Shown piece by piece: positions 29,058-38,221 of a DNA stretch of 64,000 nucleotides (position 1 is its first letter; each line of letters starts with the position of its first letter). A model generated the notes under the pieces. It was not told the origin of the DNA. It did no database searches and saw only the letters and a program-made list of their open reading frames with translations. The stretch comes from Myxococcota bacterium. GTDB lineage: Bacteria; Myxococcota_A; UBA9160; UBA6930. The DNA lies in the NCBI GenBank assembly GCA_965223415.1, contig OZ245002.1:4416001-4480000 (forward strand), given 5' to 3'. Position numbers and translations under genes: made by a program.

Positions 29058-30743
29058 ATGAGCGAAGCGTTCGATCTCCTGGTTCGCGGTGGCACGCTGG
29101 TCGACGGGACGGGGGCGCAGGCCGTGCGTGCCGACGTCGGCGTGCGGGCAGGCCGCATCGAAGCCGTCGGTCCGGATCTCGGGGCCGCGGCCGAGCGCAC
29201 CATCGAGGCCGACGGACGCGTCGTCGCGCCGGGCTTCGTCGACATCCACACCCACTACGACGCCCAGGTGTTCTGGGATCGCATGCTCACGATCTCGCCC
29301 TGGCACGGAGTGACGTCGGTCGTGGTGGGCAACTGCGGCTTCGGGATCGCCCCGACCCGCCCGGAGCATCGCGAGCTGATCCTGCGCACGCTGGAGAACG
29401 TCGAGGGGATGGGGCTCGAGGCGCTCCAGGAGGGGGTCGGCGAGGACTGGCCCTTCGAGACCTTTCCGGAGTTCCTGGACGCGATCGAGCGGCGGGGCAC
29501 CGCGATCAACGTCGGAGCCCTGATCGGGCACACGCCGCTCCGCACGTACGTGATGGGGGAGGCGTCGACCGAGCGGGAGGCGAGCGCGGACGAAGTCGCC
29601 GAGATGCGCCGGCTGGTCGCGGAGGCGATGCGCGCCGGCGCCCTGGGCTTCGCCACGTCCAAGGCGCCGACCCATGTGGGCTACGCGGGGCGGCCTGTGC
29701 CGAGCCGCGCGGCGTCCCTCGACGAGATCGAGACGATCGCGAGCGTGCTGGCCGAGAGCGAGCACGGCGTCGTGCAGGCGACCCTCGGCCCGGGCTTCCT
29801 CCCCGACCAGTTCGCCTCGATCGCGCGCGCCACCGGCAAGCCCTTCAGCTGGACGGCGCTCCTCGGCGGCGCCTTCGGTCCCGAGGGTCATCGCGGCATC
29901 CTCGAGCAAGCCGCGAAGCTCCAGGCCGAGGGCCTCGAGATCGTGCCCCAGGTGACCGGCCGGCCGCTGATGTTCGAGTTCCAGTGGAAGGCGCCGTTCC
30001 CCTTCGAGTCGATGCCGCTTTTCCATCCGGTCTCCGCCGCCGATTTCGAGGGCAAGAAGGCGATCTACGCCGATCCGGAGTTCCGCCGGCAGCTGCGCGA
30101 GTGGGACGCCCCCACCGGCTTCGGGGTGCGCTGGGACCGGACGACGATCGCCGACGTGCCTGGGCAGCCGGAGCTGGCGGAGCGCTCCCTCGACGAGGTG
30201 GCCCGGGAGCGCGGCGTCCACCCGGCGGACCTGGCCCTCGACCTCGGTCTCGAGAGCGAGCTCGAGGCGCGCTTCCGCTCGGCGATCGCCAATGCGGAGG
30301 AGTCGATCGTCGCGGAGCTCCTCACCCATCCGGCGGCGATGCTCGGGCTCTCGGACGCTGGCGCCCACGCCAGCCAGCTCTGCGACGCCTGCTTCAGCAC
30401 GCACCTGCTGGGGCACTGGGTGCGGGAGAAGGGTGCGCTCTCCCTCGAGGAGGGGGTGCGGCTGCTGACCTCGCGCTCCGCGGACGTCTTCGGCCTTCAC
30501 GATCGGGGGCGCGTCGCGCCGGGCCTGGCGGCGGATCTCGTCGTCTTCGCCCCGGAGATCGTCGGATGCGGGCCGCTCCAGCGGGTGCACGACTTGCCCG
30601 GCGGCGCCGATCGGCTGCAGTCCGAGGCCTTCGGCATCGACGCGGTGGTGGTGAACGGCGTCGTCCTGCGGGAGGGCGGCGAGGACCGGGTCGACCCGGA
30701 CGGGGCCCTGCCGGGCCGCGTTCTTCGGGGAGGATCGTCATGA
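29058..30743 (+). CDS. N-acyl-D-amino-acid deacylase family amidohydrolase
   Basis: PGFVDIHTHYD, GNCG, SDAGAH, ADLVVF. Confidence 0.88.
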   Translation: MSEAFDLLVRGGTLVDGTGAQAVRADVGVRAGRIEAVGPDLGAAAERTIEADGRVVAPGFVDIHTHYDAQVFWDRMLTISPWHGVTSVVVGNCGFGIAPTRPEHRELILRTLENVEGMGLEALQEGVGEDWPFETFPEFLDAIERRGTAINVGALIGHTPLRTYVMGEASTEREASADEVAEMRRLVAEAMRAGALGFATSKAPTHVGYAGRPVPSRAASLDEIETIASVLAESEHGVVQATLGPGFLPDQFASIARATGKPFSWTALLGGAFGPEGHRGILEQAAKLQAEGLEIVPQVTGRPLMFEFQWKAPFPFESMPLFHPVSAADFEGKKAIYADPEFRRQLREWDAPTGFGVRWDRTTIADVPGQPELAERSLDEVARERGVHPADLALDLGLESELEARFRSAIANAEESIVAELLTHPAAMLGLSDAGAHASQLCDACFSTHLLGHWVREKGALSLEEGVRLLTSRSADVFGLHDRGRVAPGLAADLVVFAPEIVGCGPLQRVHDLPGGADRLQSEAFGIDAVVVNGVVLREGGEDRVDPDGALPGRVLRGGSS

Positions 30744-31861
30744 GCGGGCTCTGCATCTCGGCGGACAGCCACATCACGGAGCCGGCGGGAACCTACGTCG
30801 ACTTCATCGACGCGAAGTACCGGGCTCGGGCGCCGCAGCTCCGCTACCACGAGAAGCTCGGCGACGCGTTCTTCGTCGAGGGGCTCGACAAGCCCGTGCC
30901 GATGGGGCTCGTGGCGGCGGCGGGGAAGCCACCGGAGGAGATTCGGGTCACCGGCGTGCGCTTCGAGGAGATGCACCCCGGCGGCTGGGACGCGGACGCG
31001 CGGATGGCGGAGCAGGACCGCGACGGGGTGGCGGCGGAAGTCATCTATCCCACCGTCGGCATGGTCCTCTGCAACCACCCGGACTTCGACTACAAGAAGG
31101 CGTGCTTCGAGGCCTACAACCGCTGGCTCGCCGCCTACTGCGAGAAGCACCCGGCCCGGCTGATCGGGCTCGGCCAGGTCTCGATGCGATCCCCGGAGGA
31201 CGGCGTGGCGGAGCTCGAGGCCGTGGCGGCGCTGCGCCTGCGGGGCGTGATGATGCCCGGCGACCCGGCGGTCGAGGACTACGACTCCCCGGTCTACGAC
31301 CCGTTCTGGGACAAGTGCGTGGAGCTGGGGCTGCCCCCGTCGTTCCACATCCTGACCGACCGCAACTACGCGTTCCGCGCCAAGCCGCGCGGTCCGGCGA
31401 TGAACGGCTTCCTCTCCATCGTGCGGGGCTGCCAGGACGTGATGGGCACGCTCGTGCTGGGCGGCGTGTTCGAGCGGCACCCGGAGCTCCGGGTGGTGTG
31501 CGCAGAGGCCGACGCCGGATGGATTCCCCACTACATGTACCGGATGGATCACGCCTACAAGCGCCATCGCTACTGGCTGCCCGCGGGTCAGAAGCTCTCC
31601 AAGCTGCCGAGCGAGTACTTCGGCGAGAACATCTACGCGACCTTCCAGGACGACTGGGTCGCCTTCAAGGTCGCGCACCTGATGAACTGGCGGCGGCTCC
31701 TGTGGGCGAACGATTTCCCCCACAGCGATTCCACCTGGCCCTGGAGCCAGGACATGCTGGCCGAGCACACCACCCACCTCACCGACGAGCAGCGCAGAGG
31801 CATTCTCGCCGCCAACGTCGCCGAGCTCTATCGCATCGACACCGATTCCCTAACAACTTGA
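30740..31861 (+). CDS. Amidohydrolase_2 family protein
   Basis: ISADSHITEP, DGVAAEVIYPT, WANDFPHSD. Confidence 0.88.
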   Translation: MSGLCISADSHITEPAGTYVDFIDAKYRARAPQLRYHEKLGDAFFVEGLDKPVPMGLVAAAGKPPEEIRVTGVRFEEMHPGGWDADARMAEQDRDGVAAEVIYPTVGMVLCNHPDFDYKKACFEAYNRWLAAYCEKHPARLIGLGQVSMRSPEDGVAELEAVAALRLRGVMMPGDPAVEDYDSPVYDPFWDKCVELGLPPSFHILTDRNYAFRAKPRGPAMNGFLSIVRGCQDVMGTLVLGGVFERHPELRVVCAEADAGWIPHYMYRMDHAYKRHRYWLPAGQKLSKLPSEYFGENIYATFQDDWVAFKVAHLMNWRRLLWANDFPHSDSTWPWSQDMLAEHTTHLTDEQRRGILAANVAELYRIDTDSLTT

Positions 31862-31877
31862 CAAACGGAACCGGCCC

Positions 31878-32540
31878 CTAACTTGACAGCTCGGATTGGA
31901 TGGCGGCTTCGAGGGCGGCGGGGTCGAAGCCGAACGGGCCGGGGGCGCCCTGGTAGACGATGCGGGCGCCGCGGCCTACGAGGTAGAGGCGGTCGGGGAG
32001 GGCGCCGTAGGCGCGGGCCAGGGCGTCGTCGATCTCGTCGACGACGACGGGCATGCGGATGCGGAGACCGATGGCGCAGCTGGCGGCGGCTTCGGTGCGC
32101 TCCTCGGTGGTGGTGGGGTCGTCGAAGGCGATGTCCTCGTCGCGGTTCATGCTGACGACCCAGCCGTCCTCCGGGTGGGCCTCGCGGATGTAGACGACGA
32201 CGAAGTCGACCCGGTCGCGGTAGCGCTCCCACTGCTCGTGCAGGGCGCCCAACTGGGCGCGGAACGGCGGTCAGGTATAGGAGCCGAATACGAGCGCCAC
32301 GGGACGCTTCCGGGCGGCGCCGTGGAGGTGGAAGGTCTCGCCGGTCTCCCGGCGCACGCCCTCCCTGAAGTCGTAGACCGGGAGCGAGAAGTCGTGGGCC
32401 AGATCGGCCGGGGCCAGCTTCGCACGGGTCAGGTCCTGCACCTTGGCGTCGGCGAAGAGGTCCGGCGGCGTCTTCGGCGAGTCGTCCGGGGTGATGGCCT
32501 TCCAGTCGAAGCCCTCGGGGAGGATGTCGTCCTGTGCCAT
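31878..32540 (-). CDS. Iodothyronine deiodinase-like selenoprotein (Sec at TGA 32273-32271)
   Basis: RPVALVFGSYT-TGA-PPF reads in frame into YIREAHPEDGW, VVVD, YGALPDRLY, YQGAPGPFG; joins ORF-track pieces 32271..33257 and 31878..32252. Confidence 0.9.
32245..32260 (-). promoter_or_regulatory. Bacterial SECIS-like hairpin
   Basis: GCGCCC-AGUU-GGGCGC starting 11 nt after the UGA; G in apical loop. Confidence 0.7.
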
Positions 32541-32558
32541 TCCGTTACTGTAGCGCGC
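32541..32558. promoter_or_regulatory. Overlapping bidirectional -10 elements for two leaderless genes
   Basis: TACTGT (+, 32546-32551) 7 nt before GTG 32559; TACAGT (-, 32552-32547) 6 nt before ATG 32540. Confidence 0.55.
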
Positions 32559-33455
32559 GTGCACGCCGCCCTCGCCCAGCTCCTCCAGGTGCTCGATCTG
32601 CGTCCGGAGGGCGCCGACGTGTTCGTCGGGAGCAACGAGCCCGGGCGCCACCGCCGGCTCTTCGGGGGGCAGGTGGCGGGCCAGGCCCTGGCCGCCGCGG
32701 CTCGCACCGTCGAAGGCCGGCCCGCCCACTCCCTCCACGCCTACTTTCTGCGTGGCGGGGATCCAGAGCTCCCGGTCCGCTACGAGGTGGACCGCATCCG
32801 AGACGGCTCGTCCTTCACGACCCGCCGCGTGGTCGCGATGCAGGGCGAGCGGGCCATCTTCAACCTCTCCGCCTCGTTCCACGCGCCCGAGCCCAGCTAC
32901 GAGCACCAGGCGCCGCTGCCGGCCGTGGTCGGGCCCGAGGGCCTGCCCACCTGGGAGGAGCGGGCCCGCGACGTCGAGTTGCAGATTCCCGAGCCCGCCC
33001 GCGGCTGGCTCACGAACGAGACCCCCATCGAGATCCGCACGGAGCATGCGCCCAGCTGGTTCGCCCGCCAGCCGACGGCGGGCCCCAACACGGTCTGGCT
33101 CAAGGCTCGAGGTGAGCTTCCGGACGACCCGCTGCTCCACCAGTGCCTGTTCGCCTACGCCTCGGACATGGGCTTCGTCGACAATCTCTTCCGTCCCCAC
33201 GCCGGCGGAAAGCGCGACGTGATGATCGCCAGCCTCGACCACGCCCTGTGGCTGCACCGCCCTTTCCGCATGGACGACTGGCTGGTCTCGATCCAGGAGA
33301 GCCCGGCGGCCTACGGCGCCCGGGGCTTCGCCCAGGCCGCCGTCTACACCGCCGACGGAACGCGGGTGGCCAGCGTCGTGCAGGAGGGGCTCCTGCGACG
33401 CATCGGCCAGGAGGCGCTCTGGGACCGTGAGATGGGTGGGCCGCGTCCCGAGTAG
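32559..33455 (+). CDS. tesB: Acyl-CoA thioesterase II
   Basis: LFGGQVAGQAL, HSLHAYFLR, RDGSSFTTRRV, YASD, ASLDHALWLH, QEGL. Confidence 0.92.
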   Translation: MHAALAQLLQVLDLRPEGADVFVGSNEPGRHRRLFGGQVAGQALAAAARTVEGRPAHSLHAYFLRGGDPELPVRYEVDRIRDGSSFTTRRVVAMQGERAIFNLSASFHAPEPSYEHQAPLPAVVGPEGLPTWEERARDVELQIPEPARGWLTNETPIEIRTEHAPSWFARQPTAGPNTVWLKARGELPDDPLLHQCLFAYASDMGFVDNLFRPHAGGKRDVMIASLDHALWLHRPFRMDDWLVSIQESPAAYGARGFAQAAVYTADGTRVASVVQEGLLRRIGQEALWDREMGGPRPE

Positions 33456-33469
33456 GACGAAACGGGCGC

Positions 33470-33661
33470 CTAGCTCTCGACGCGCAGCGCCTCTTCCGGG
33501 CAGTTGACGACGGCCAGTCGGGCGCGGGTCTCGTGCTCCGGGGGCACGTCCGGCGCCAGCACCACGCAGTAGCCCTCGTCGTCCTCGCCGAACACGTCAG
33601 GGGCGAGCGCATAGCAACGCCCGTGCCCGACACAGGTCGCGCGGTCGAGGGCCACCTTCAA
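33470..33661 (-). CDS. 3Fe-4S-type ferredoxin (P450 partner)
   Basis: CVGHGRC...APDVF...CPEEAL. Confidence 0.9.
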   Translation of the reverse strand: MKVALDRATCVGHGRCYALAPDVFGEDDEGYCVVLAPDVPPEHETRARLAVVNCPEEALRVES

Positions 33662-33700
33662 GGCGCCGGCCCCGCGAGGGCCACCTTCAAGGCGCCGGCC
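33646..33700. repeat. Perfect 26-bp direct repeat at the P450/ferredoxin junction
   Basis: cgagggccaccttcaaggcgccggcc at 33646-33671 and 33675-33700. Confidence 0.9.
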
Positions 33701-34895
33701 AGACCAGCGGCAGGTAGGTCACTTCGCGGATGCCCGGGCTGTAGCGCGGCGTCTCGCCGGGCCGGATCGCGTAGCTCGGGATCCGCTCGTGCCACACCTC
33801 CATGGCCACCTGCAGCTCCATGCGGGCCAGGTGGGAGCCGAGGCAGCGGTGGGGGCCCGAGCCGAAGGCCACGTGGCGGTTGCGCTCGCGGCCCAGGTCC
33901 ACCTCCTCGGGGCGCGGGAACTCGCCCTCGTCCACGTTCGCCGCGCCGAGCAGCAGCGTGACCAGCTGGCCCTCCTCGAGGGTCACGTCGTGGAGCGTCG
34001 TTCGCTGCTTCACGACCCGGGGCACGCCGGTGACCGGCGTCTCCCAGCGCATCAGCTCCTCGATGGCCGCCGGGATCAGTGTGGGGTCGGCCACGAGCCG
34101 CTCCCGCTGGGCCGGGTTCGCGGCCAGGTAGGCGACGTTGCATCCGAGGGTCGCGGTCACCGTGTCGAGGCCCGCCAGGATCAGGAGGAAGCTCACGTCG
34201 AGGACCTCTTCGTCGCTGAGCCGCTGGCCGTCGATCTCCGCCTGGAGCAGGTAGGAAAGCAGGTCCTCCCCCGGCCGATCGCGGCGCTCCTTCATCACCT
34301 CGCGGAAGTAGCCGTAGATCTCCGCTCCGGTCTGCTTGCGGTGCGCGACGAGACTCTCGGCCGTGACCTCGCCCTCGACCTGGGCCTGGGGCCGGATGAT
34401 GCCGTCCTTCAGGCGCAGGAAGAAGGGGAGCTCGCTCTGGGGCAGGCCCATCAGGCTGAGGAAGGCGCTGCAGGGCAGCGGGATGGCGAAGGCCGGATCG
34501 AAGTCGCAGTGGCCCTGGCCGAGGAACGCGTCGATGAGCTCGTTGGCCTGCTGCCGCACGGCGGGCTCGATGGCCGTCATGCGCTTCCGCGAGAACTGGG
34601 GATCGAGCAGCTTGCGGAAGCGGGTCTGGGCTGGCGGGTCGATCTGCTGGGGAATCATCGGCCGCTCGGTGCCGAGCATCACCTGCATCTCCATCTCCGA
34701 CGAGAAGATCTCGGGATGCCGCAGGGCCCAGACCACGTCCTCGTAGCGGGAGATCACCGGTCCGTCGGTGAGGGCCTGCCGCGCGACGGGACAGTGGAGG
34801 TTCAGGTCGCGGTAGGTGGCCTGGGGACAGGCGGCGTGCTCGCCGCTGAAGAGGTTGACCGTCCCCGTGCCCCGGTCCAGGTGGGATTCGCTCAT
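33687..34895 (-). CDS. Cytochrome P450
   Basis: AGLDTV (I-helix), EELMR, FGSGPHRCLG. Confidence 0.95.
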   Translation of the reverse strand: MSESHLDRGTGTVNLFSGEHAACPQATYRDLNLHCPVARQALTDGPVISRYEDVVWALRHPEIFSSEMEMQVMLGTERPMIPQQIDPPAQTRFRKLLDPQFSRKRMTAIEPAVRQQANELIDAFLGQGHCDFDPAFAIPLPCSAFLSLMGLPQSELPFFLRLKDGIIRPQAQVEGEVTAESLVAHRKQTGAEIYGYFREVMKERRDRPGEDLLSYLLQAEIDGQRLSDEEVLDVSFLLILAGLDTVTATLGCNVAYLAANPAQRERLVADPTLIPAAIEELMRWETPVTGVPRVVKQRTTLHDVTLEEGQLVTLLLGAANVDEGEFPRPEEVDLGRERNRHVAFGSGPHRCLGSHLARMELQVAMEVWHERIPSYAIRPGETPRYSPGIREVTYLPLVWPAP

Positions 34896-34953
34896 GGTCG
34901 GCCTCCACCGGCAGCGTACCGCAGGCGGAGGTGCGAGCGATGGAGCGGGGGGG

Positions 34954-35595
34954 CTAGGCCTGGCGGCGAGCCCGCACCGGGCGGCCGGCGAGGGCCAGGC
35001 CCGCCAGGCCGAGCACGAGCATCACCGAGGTGGCCGGCTCCGCCACGGACTCGAAGTGGAACTCGTCGAAGATGATCAGGTTGCTGCCGCTGACCGCGAT
35101 GCTGTCGAAGGCGATGCCGGCGAAGCCGAGCACGTGGCCGTTGCAGCAGGCGGTGTCGGTGAAGGTGAGGGACTCGACCAGGCTGCCCCCCAGGTAGGCG
35201 TCGAGGGTGATCGTGTTGCCCTTGTTCGTCGCGAAGAAGGCGGCGAAGTCGGTCATCACCGAGGTGAAGCTCACCGTGAAGTTGATCGGCGGGAGGGCGC
35301 CGCCCGGGGCGGCGCTGGAGCGGAAGTTGGCCATGCTGGCGCCGTCGAAGTTCGGGAAGAAGCGCGTGTTCTCGAACCAGACGTTCGGCGAGAAGGTGAT
35401 GCCCAGGCCCGCGAACTCGTTGGTCACGGCCTGGAAGGGGGTCAGCGGCACCTCGTCGAAGTCGATCACGGTCTCGCTGCCGCTGAAGCCGGCGAAGCTG
35501 CCGTCGAGGATCGGAACGGCCTGGGCGCTCGTGGCCAGCACGAGGGCGCTCAGGCCGGCCAGGGCCAGACGGAGGAGGGAGGGGGAGCGATTCAT
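34954..35595 (-). CDS. PEP-CTERM-type surface protein (VAEP variant)
   Basis: Signal peptide AQA|VP; C-terminal VAEPATSVMLVLGLAGLALAGRPVRARR. Confidence 0.75.
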   Translation of the reverse strand: MNRSPSLLRLALAGLSALVLATSAQAVPILDGSFAGFSGSETVIDFDEVPLTPFQAVTNEFAGLGITFSPNVWFENTRFFPNFDGASMANFRSSAAPGGALPPINFTVSFTSVMTDFAAFFATNKGNTITLDAYLGGSLVESLTFTDTACCNGHVLGFAGIAFDSIAVSGSNLIIFDEFHFESVAEPATSVMLVLGLAGLALAGRPVRARRQA

Positions 35596-35690
35596 GGTCG
35601 GGATTCCTGAGGTGAGCTGCGTCACAAATTCTCATCGGGTGTTTTCTCCAACGACTTGAGTCGGTCCCCGAGGGGTGGTACCACCAGGCC

Positions 35691-36113
35691 ATGTCGGACC
35701 TCGAAGACCGCCTGGCGATCCAGGACCTGCTCTCCCGCTACGCCCACGCCATCGATGACCGGGACTGGCCCGCCCTGGAGGCCTGCTTCGCACCCGGGGC
35801 CCGGGTGCTCTACGGCGGCACGAAGCCCCTGGAAGGGCCGGAGGCCACCGCAGCCTATTGCCGGGCTGTGGTGGAGCCCCTGGACGGCACCCAGCATCGG
35901 GTGGCCTCGGCCCTGATCGAAGTCGACGGCGTTCGGGCCCGCTCCCGCTGCCATCTTGCGGCGGAGCACTGGACCGCGGCCGGTCGCTACACGGTGGGCG
36001 GCACCTACGTGGACGAGCTGGCCCGCACCGCCGACGGCTGGCAGATCACCGCGCGAGAGCTGCGGGTCACCTGGACCGAAGGCGATCCGTCGGTGCTCGC
36101 GCGGCGCTCCTAG
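35691..36113 (+). CDS. SnoaL-like/NTF2 family protein
   Basis: DRLAIQDLLSRYAHAIDDRDW, GTYVDELARTADGWQI. Confidence 0.88.
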   Translation: MSDLEDRLAIQDLLSRYAHAIDDRDWPALEACFAPGARVLYGGTKPLEGPEATAAYCRAVVEPLDGTQHRVASALIEVDGVRARSRCHLAAEHWTAAGRYTVGGTYVDELARTADGWQITARELRVTWTEGDPSVLARRS

Positions 36114-36128
36114 GCGCGGTTCGCGGCC

Positions 36129-36929
36129 TCAGCCCTTCCGCGCCCGCCGCAGCTTGACCAGGTAGTTCCCGCGCTTCTCGTCCCACTCCAGCTCCACGGC
36201 GCCCTTGTCCTCCAGGGCCTCCAGCAGGTCGTGGAAGGAGGAGAAGCCCGCGGCGGATTCGCTGAAGCCGGGATAGACCCGCTTCACGGTCTGCTTGACC
36301 ATCGAGCCCCAGATCTGGTCGTAGTCGCCGGCCAGGGACTCGACGATCTCGAACACCTGCTTCAGCCCCTCGCCGAGGGGCGCCGGCGCCTTCGCGCCGC
36401 CGCTCTTGCTCTTCGCCGTCTTCGTCTTCGGGGCCGCCCGCTCGGCGCGTCCGCGCTCCGCCCGCACGAGATCGTCGTAGTAAAGGAACTCGTCGGAGGC
36501 GTTGACCAGGAGATCGGAGGTGGAGCTCTTCACGCCGCAGCTGATCACCCGCTTGTCGTTCTCCTTCAGCTTCGCGACGAGGGGGGAGAAGTCGCTGTCG
36601 CCGGAGAGCAGGGCGAAGAGGTCGATGTGCTGCTTCGCATAACAGAGGTCGAGGGCGTCGACGACCATGTGGATGTCCGCGCTGTTCTTCCCGCTCACCT
36701 TGGTCTGGGGGATGTCGACCATCTCGACGCCGTGGCGGTGGAGCTCTTTACCCTCTTTCTGGTAGCCGCTCCAGTCGCAGTAGGCGCGCTTGTACACGAT
36801 GCGGCCCTTCTCGAGCAGGCGCTTCAGGACCAGGTCGATCTTGATCGGGCCCAGCTTCGAGCGTCGTGCGCCGATCGCCAGGTTCTCGAAGTCGATGAAG
36901 ACGGCGATCAGCGGCTCGCTGTCGGCCAT
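36129..36929 (-). CDS. NYN (PIN-like) domain protein with C-terminal OST-HTH/LOTUS
   Basis: FIDFEN, KNSADIHMVVDA, LSGDSDF, PGFSESAAGFSSF. Confidence 0.88.
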   Translation of the reverse strand: MADSEPLIAVFIDFENLAIGARRSKLGPIKIDLVLKRLLEKGRIVYKRAYCDWSGYQKEGKELHRHGVEMVDIPQTKVSGKNSADIHMVVDALDLCYAKQHIDLFALLSGDSDFSPLVAKLKENDKRVISCGVKSSTSDLLVNASDEFLYYDDLVRAERGRAERAAPKTKTAKSKSGGAKAPAPLGEGLKQVFEIVESLAGDYDQIWGSMVKQTVKRVYPGFSESAAGFSSFHDLLEALEDKGAVELEWDEKRGNYLVKLRRARKG

Positions 36930-36942
36930 GGATGGGTGTCCT

Positions 36943-37179
36943 TCACTCGAGCAGGGCTTCCTCGTCGCTCACGGCGGACGCGGCGATCGGGTGGGGGGCG
37001 TACTCGTGGCCGTCGTTCCAGCCGGGCAGCTTCTCCGCCTCGGCGAGCCACGACGCCGCGATGGCGTCGTCGACGATGACGGAGCTTCCGTCGTCGCACA
37101 GCCCCTCCCAGAGCTCCTGGCCGCCGGACTCCCACCAGATGCGGGAGGCGTGCTCGAAGTCCACCTGGAGCTTGGTCAC
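36943..37179 (-). CDS. Small acidic hypothetical protein
   Basis: 78-aa ORF filling the gap between co-oriented genes; typical codon usage. Confidence 0.6.
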   Translation of the reverse strand: MTKLQVDFEHASRIWWESGGQELWEGLCDDGSSVIVDDAIAASWLAEAEKLPGWNDGHEYAPHPIAASAVSDEEALLE

Positions 37180-37234
37180 CGCGGGTTGATAGCCGGCGCT
37201 CCGCTCCCGAGCCAGTCGGTGGAACCCCGGGGGC

Positions 37235-38221
37235 TCAGCCCACGAGCCAGTCGGCGGCTCGCTGCAAGCACCAGAAGACGCCCAGGCTGCCGATCACGGT
37301 GGCCGGCAGCTCGGCGAGCAGGCGCGGCAGGGAGGGCTCGGCGCGGCGCAGCATCCGGACCGCGCCCCAGCCGAGGAGCACGACGCCGATCTGCCCCAGC
37401 TCGATCCCGACGTTGAAGGCGAAGAGCGCCAGCGGGATGGCGTGGCCCGGCAGGCCCAGCTCGGCCAGTGCGCCGGCAAAGCCCAGGCCGTGGATCAGGC
37501 CGAAGGCGGCCGGCGCCATCCACGGCCGGCGCACCAGAGGCGAGGCGTCGGGCCGGGGCACGGTCGCCTCCCGGGCCAGGGCCACCAGGGTGCCGGCGAT
37601 GGCCAGCTCGACCAGGCCCTGGGGCAGGCCGATCACGCCGAGCACCGCGAGGGCCAGGGTGACGCTGTGGCCGAGGGTGAACGCGGTGACCGCGGCGAGG
37701 AGCTTGCGCGCGCTCGGCATGAGCAGCATGAGGCCGAGGACGAAGAGCAGGTGGTCCGGCCCGCCGAGCAGGTGCTCGACGCCGAGGCGCAAGTAGCCCA
37801 GGAAGACCTGGCCCCGGCTCTCCCGCTCCGGGACCTGCATCTCGGGCTCGCTTCGGGTGAGGATGGTGCGCACCTCGCGGCCGTCGGCGAAGGCGATGCG
37901 CACCAGCGCGTCGGTGCCGCTGGCCTCGAGGCCCTCGACCGCGATCCGCTCGCCGACGAGGCCGGTCGGACAGGTGAGCCGGATGCGGGTGACCCAGGCC
38001 GTGTCCTCGGCCGAGGTCTCGGGCTCGCCGGCCGGCTGGCAGCCCGCCGGGAGGATCGGCTCCACCCGCGCACCCCGGGCCACGATGCGCGAGGTCTTCC
38101 ACAGGGCCTCGACCCGGCCGCCTTCGTCTTCCTCGAGCGAGAGGAAGGAGGGCGCGAGGCGATGGGCGCTCGCCGGCGCGGCCAGGGCCGACGCGAAGAG
38201 CACGAGGGCGATGGCCCGCAT
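37235..38221 (-). CDS. HupE/UreJ family membrane protein
   Basis: Signal ASA|H, LGVEHLLGGPDHLLF, AFTLGHSVTL, FGLIHGLGFA, FNVGIELGQ. Confidence 0.9.
   Translation of the reverse strand: MRAIALVLFASALAAPASAHRLAPSFLSLEEDEGGRVEALWKTSRIVARGARVEPILPAGCQPAGEPETSAEDTAWVTRIRLTCPTGLVGERIAVEGLEASGTDALVRIAFADGREVRTILTRSEPEMQVPERESRGQVFLGYLRLGVEHLLGGPDHLLFVLGLMLLMPSARKLLAAVTAFTLGHSVTLALAVLGVIGLPQGLVELAIAGTLVALAREATVPRPDASPLVRRPWMAPAAFGLIHGLGFAGALAELGLPGHAIPLALFAFNVGIELGQIGVVLLGWGAVRMLRRAEPSLPRLLAELPATVIGSLGVFWCLQRAADWLVG

Noticed and set aside
31878..32540. Deiodinase-like gene as a nonsense pseudogene
   Set aside because: The TGA falls exactly at the catalytic Sec position and has a SECIS-like hairpin; both halves are intact.
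36129..37179. NYN nuclease plus small acidic ORF as a toxin-antitoxin pair
   Set aside because: NYN-LOTUS proteins are common stand-alone genes and the small ORF has no recognisable antitoxin features; adjacency alone is insufficient.
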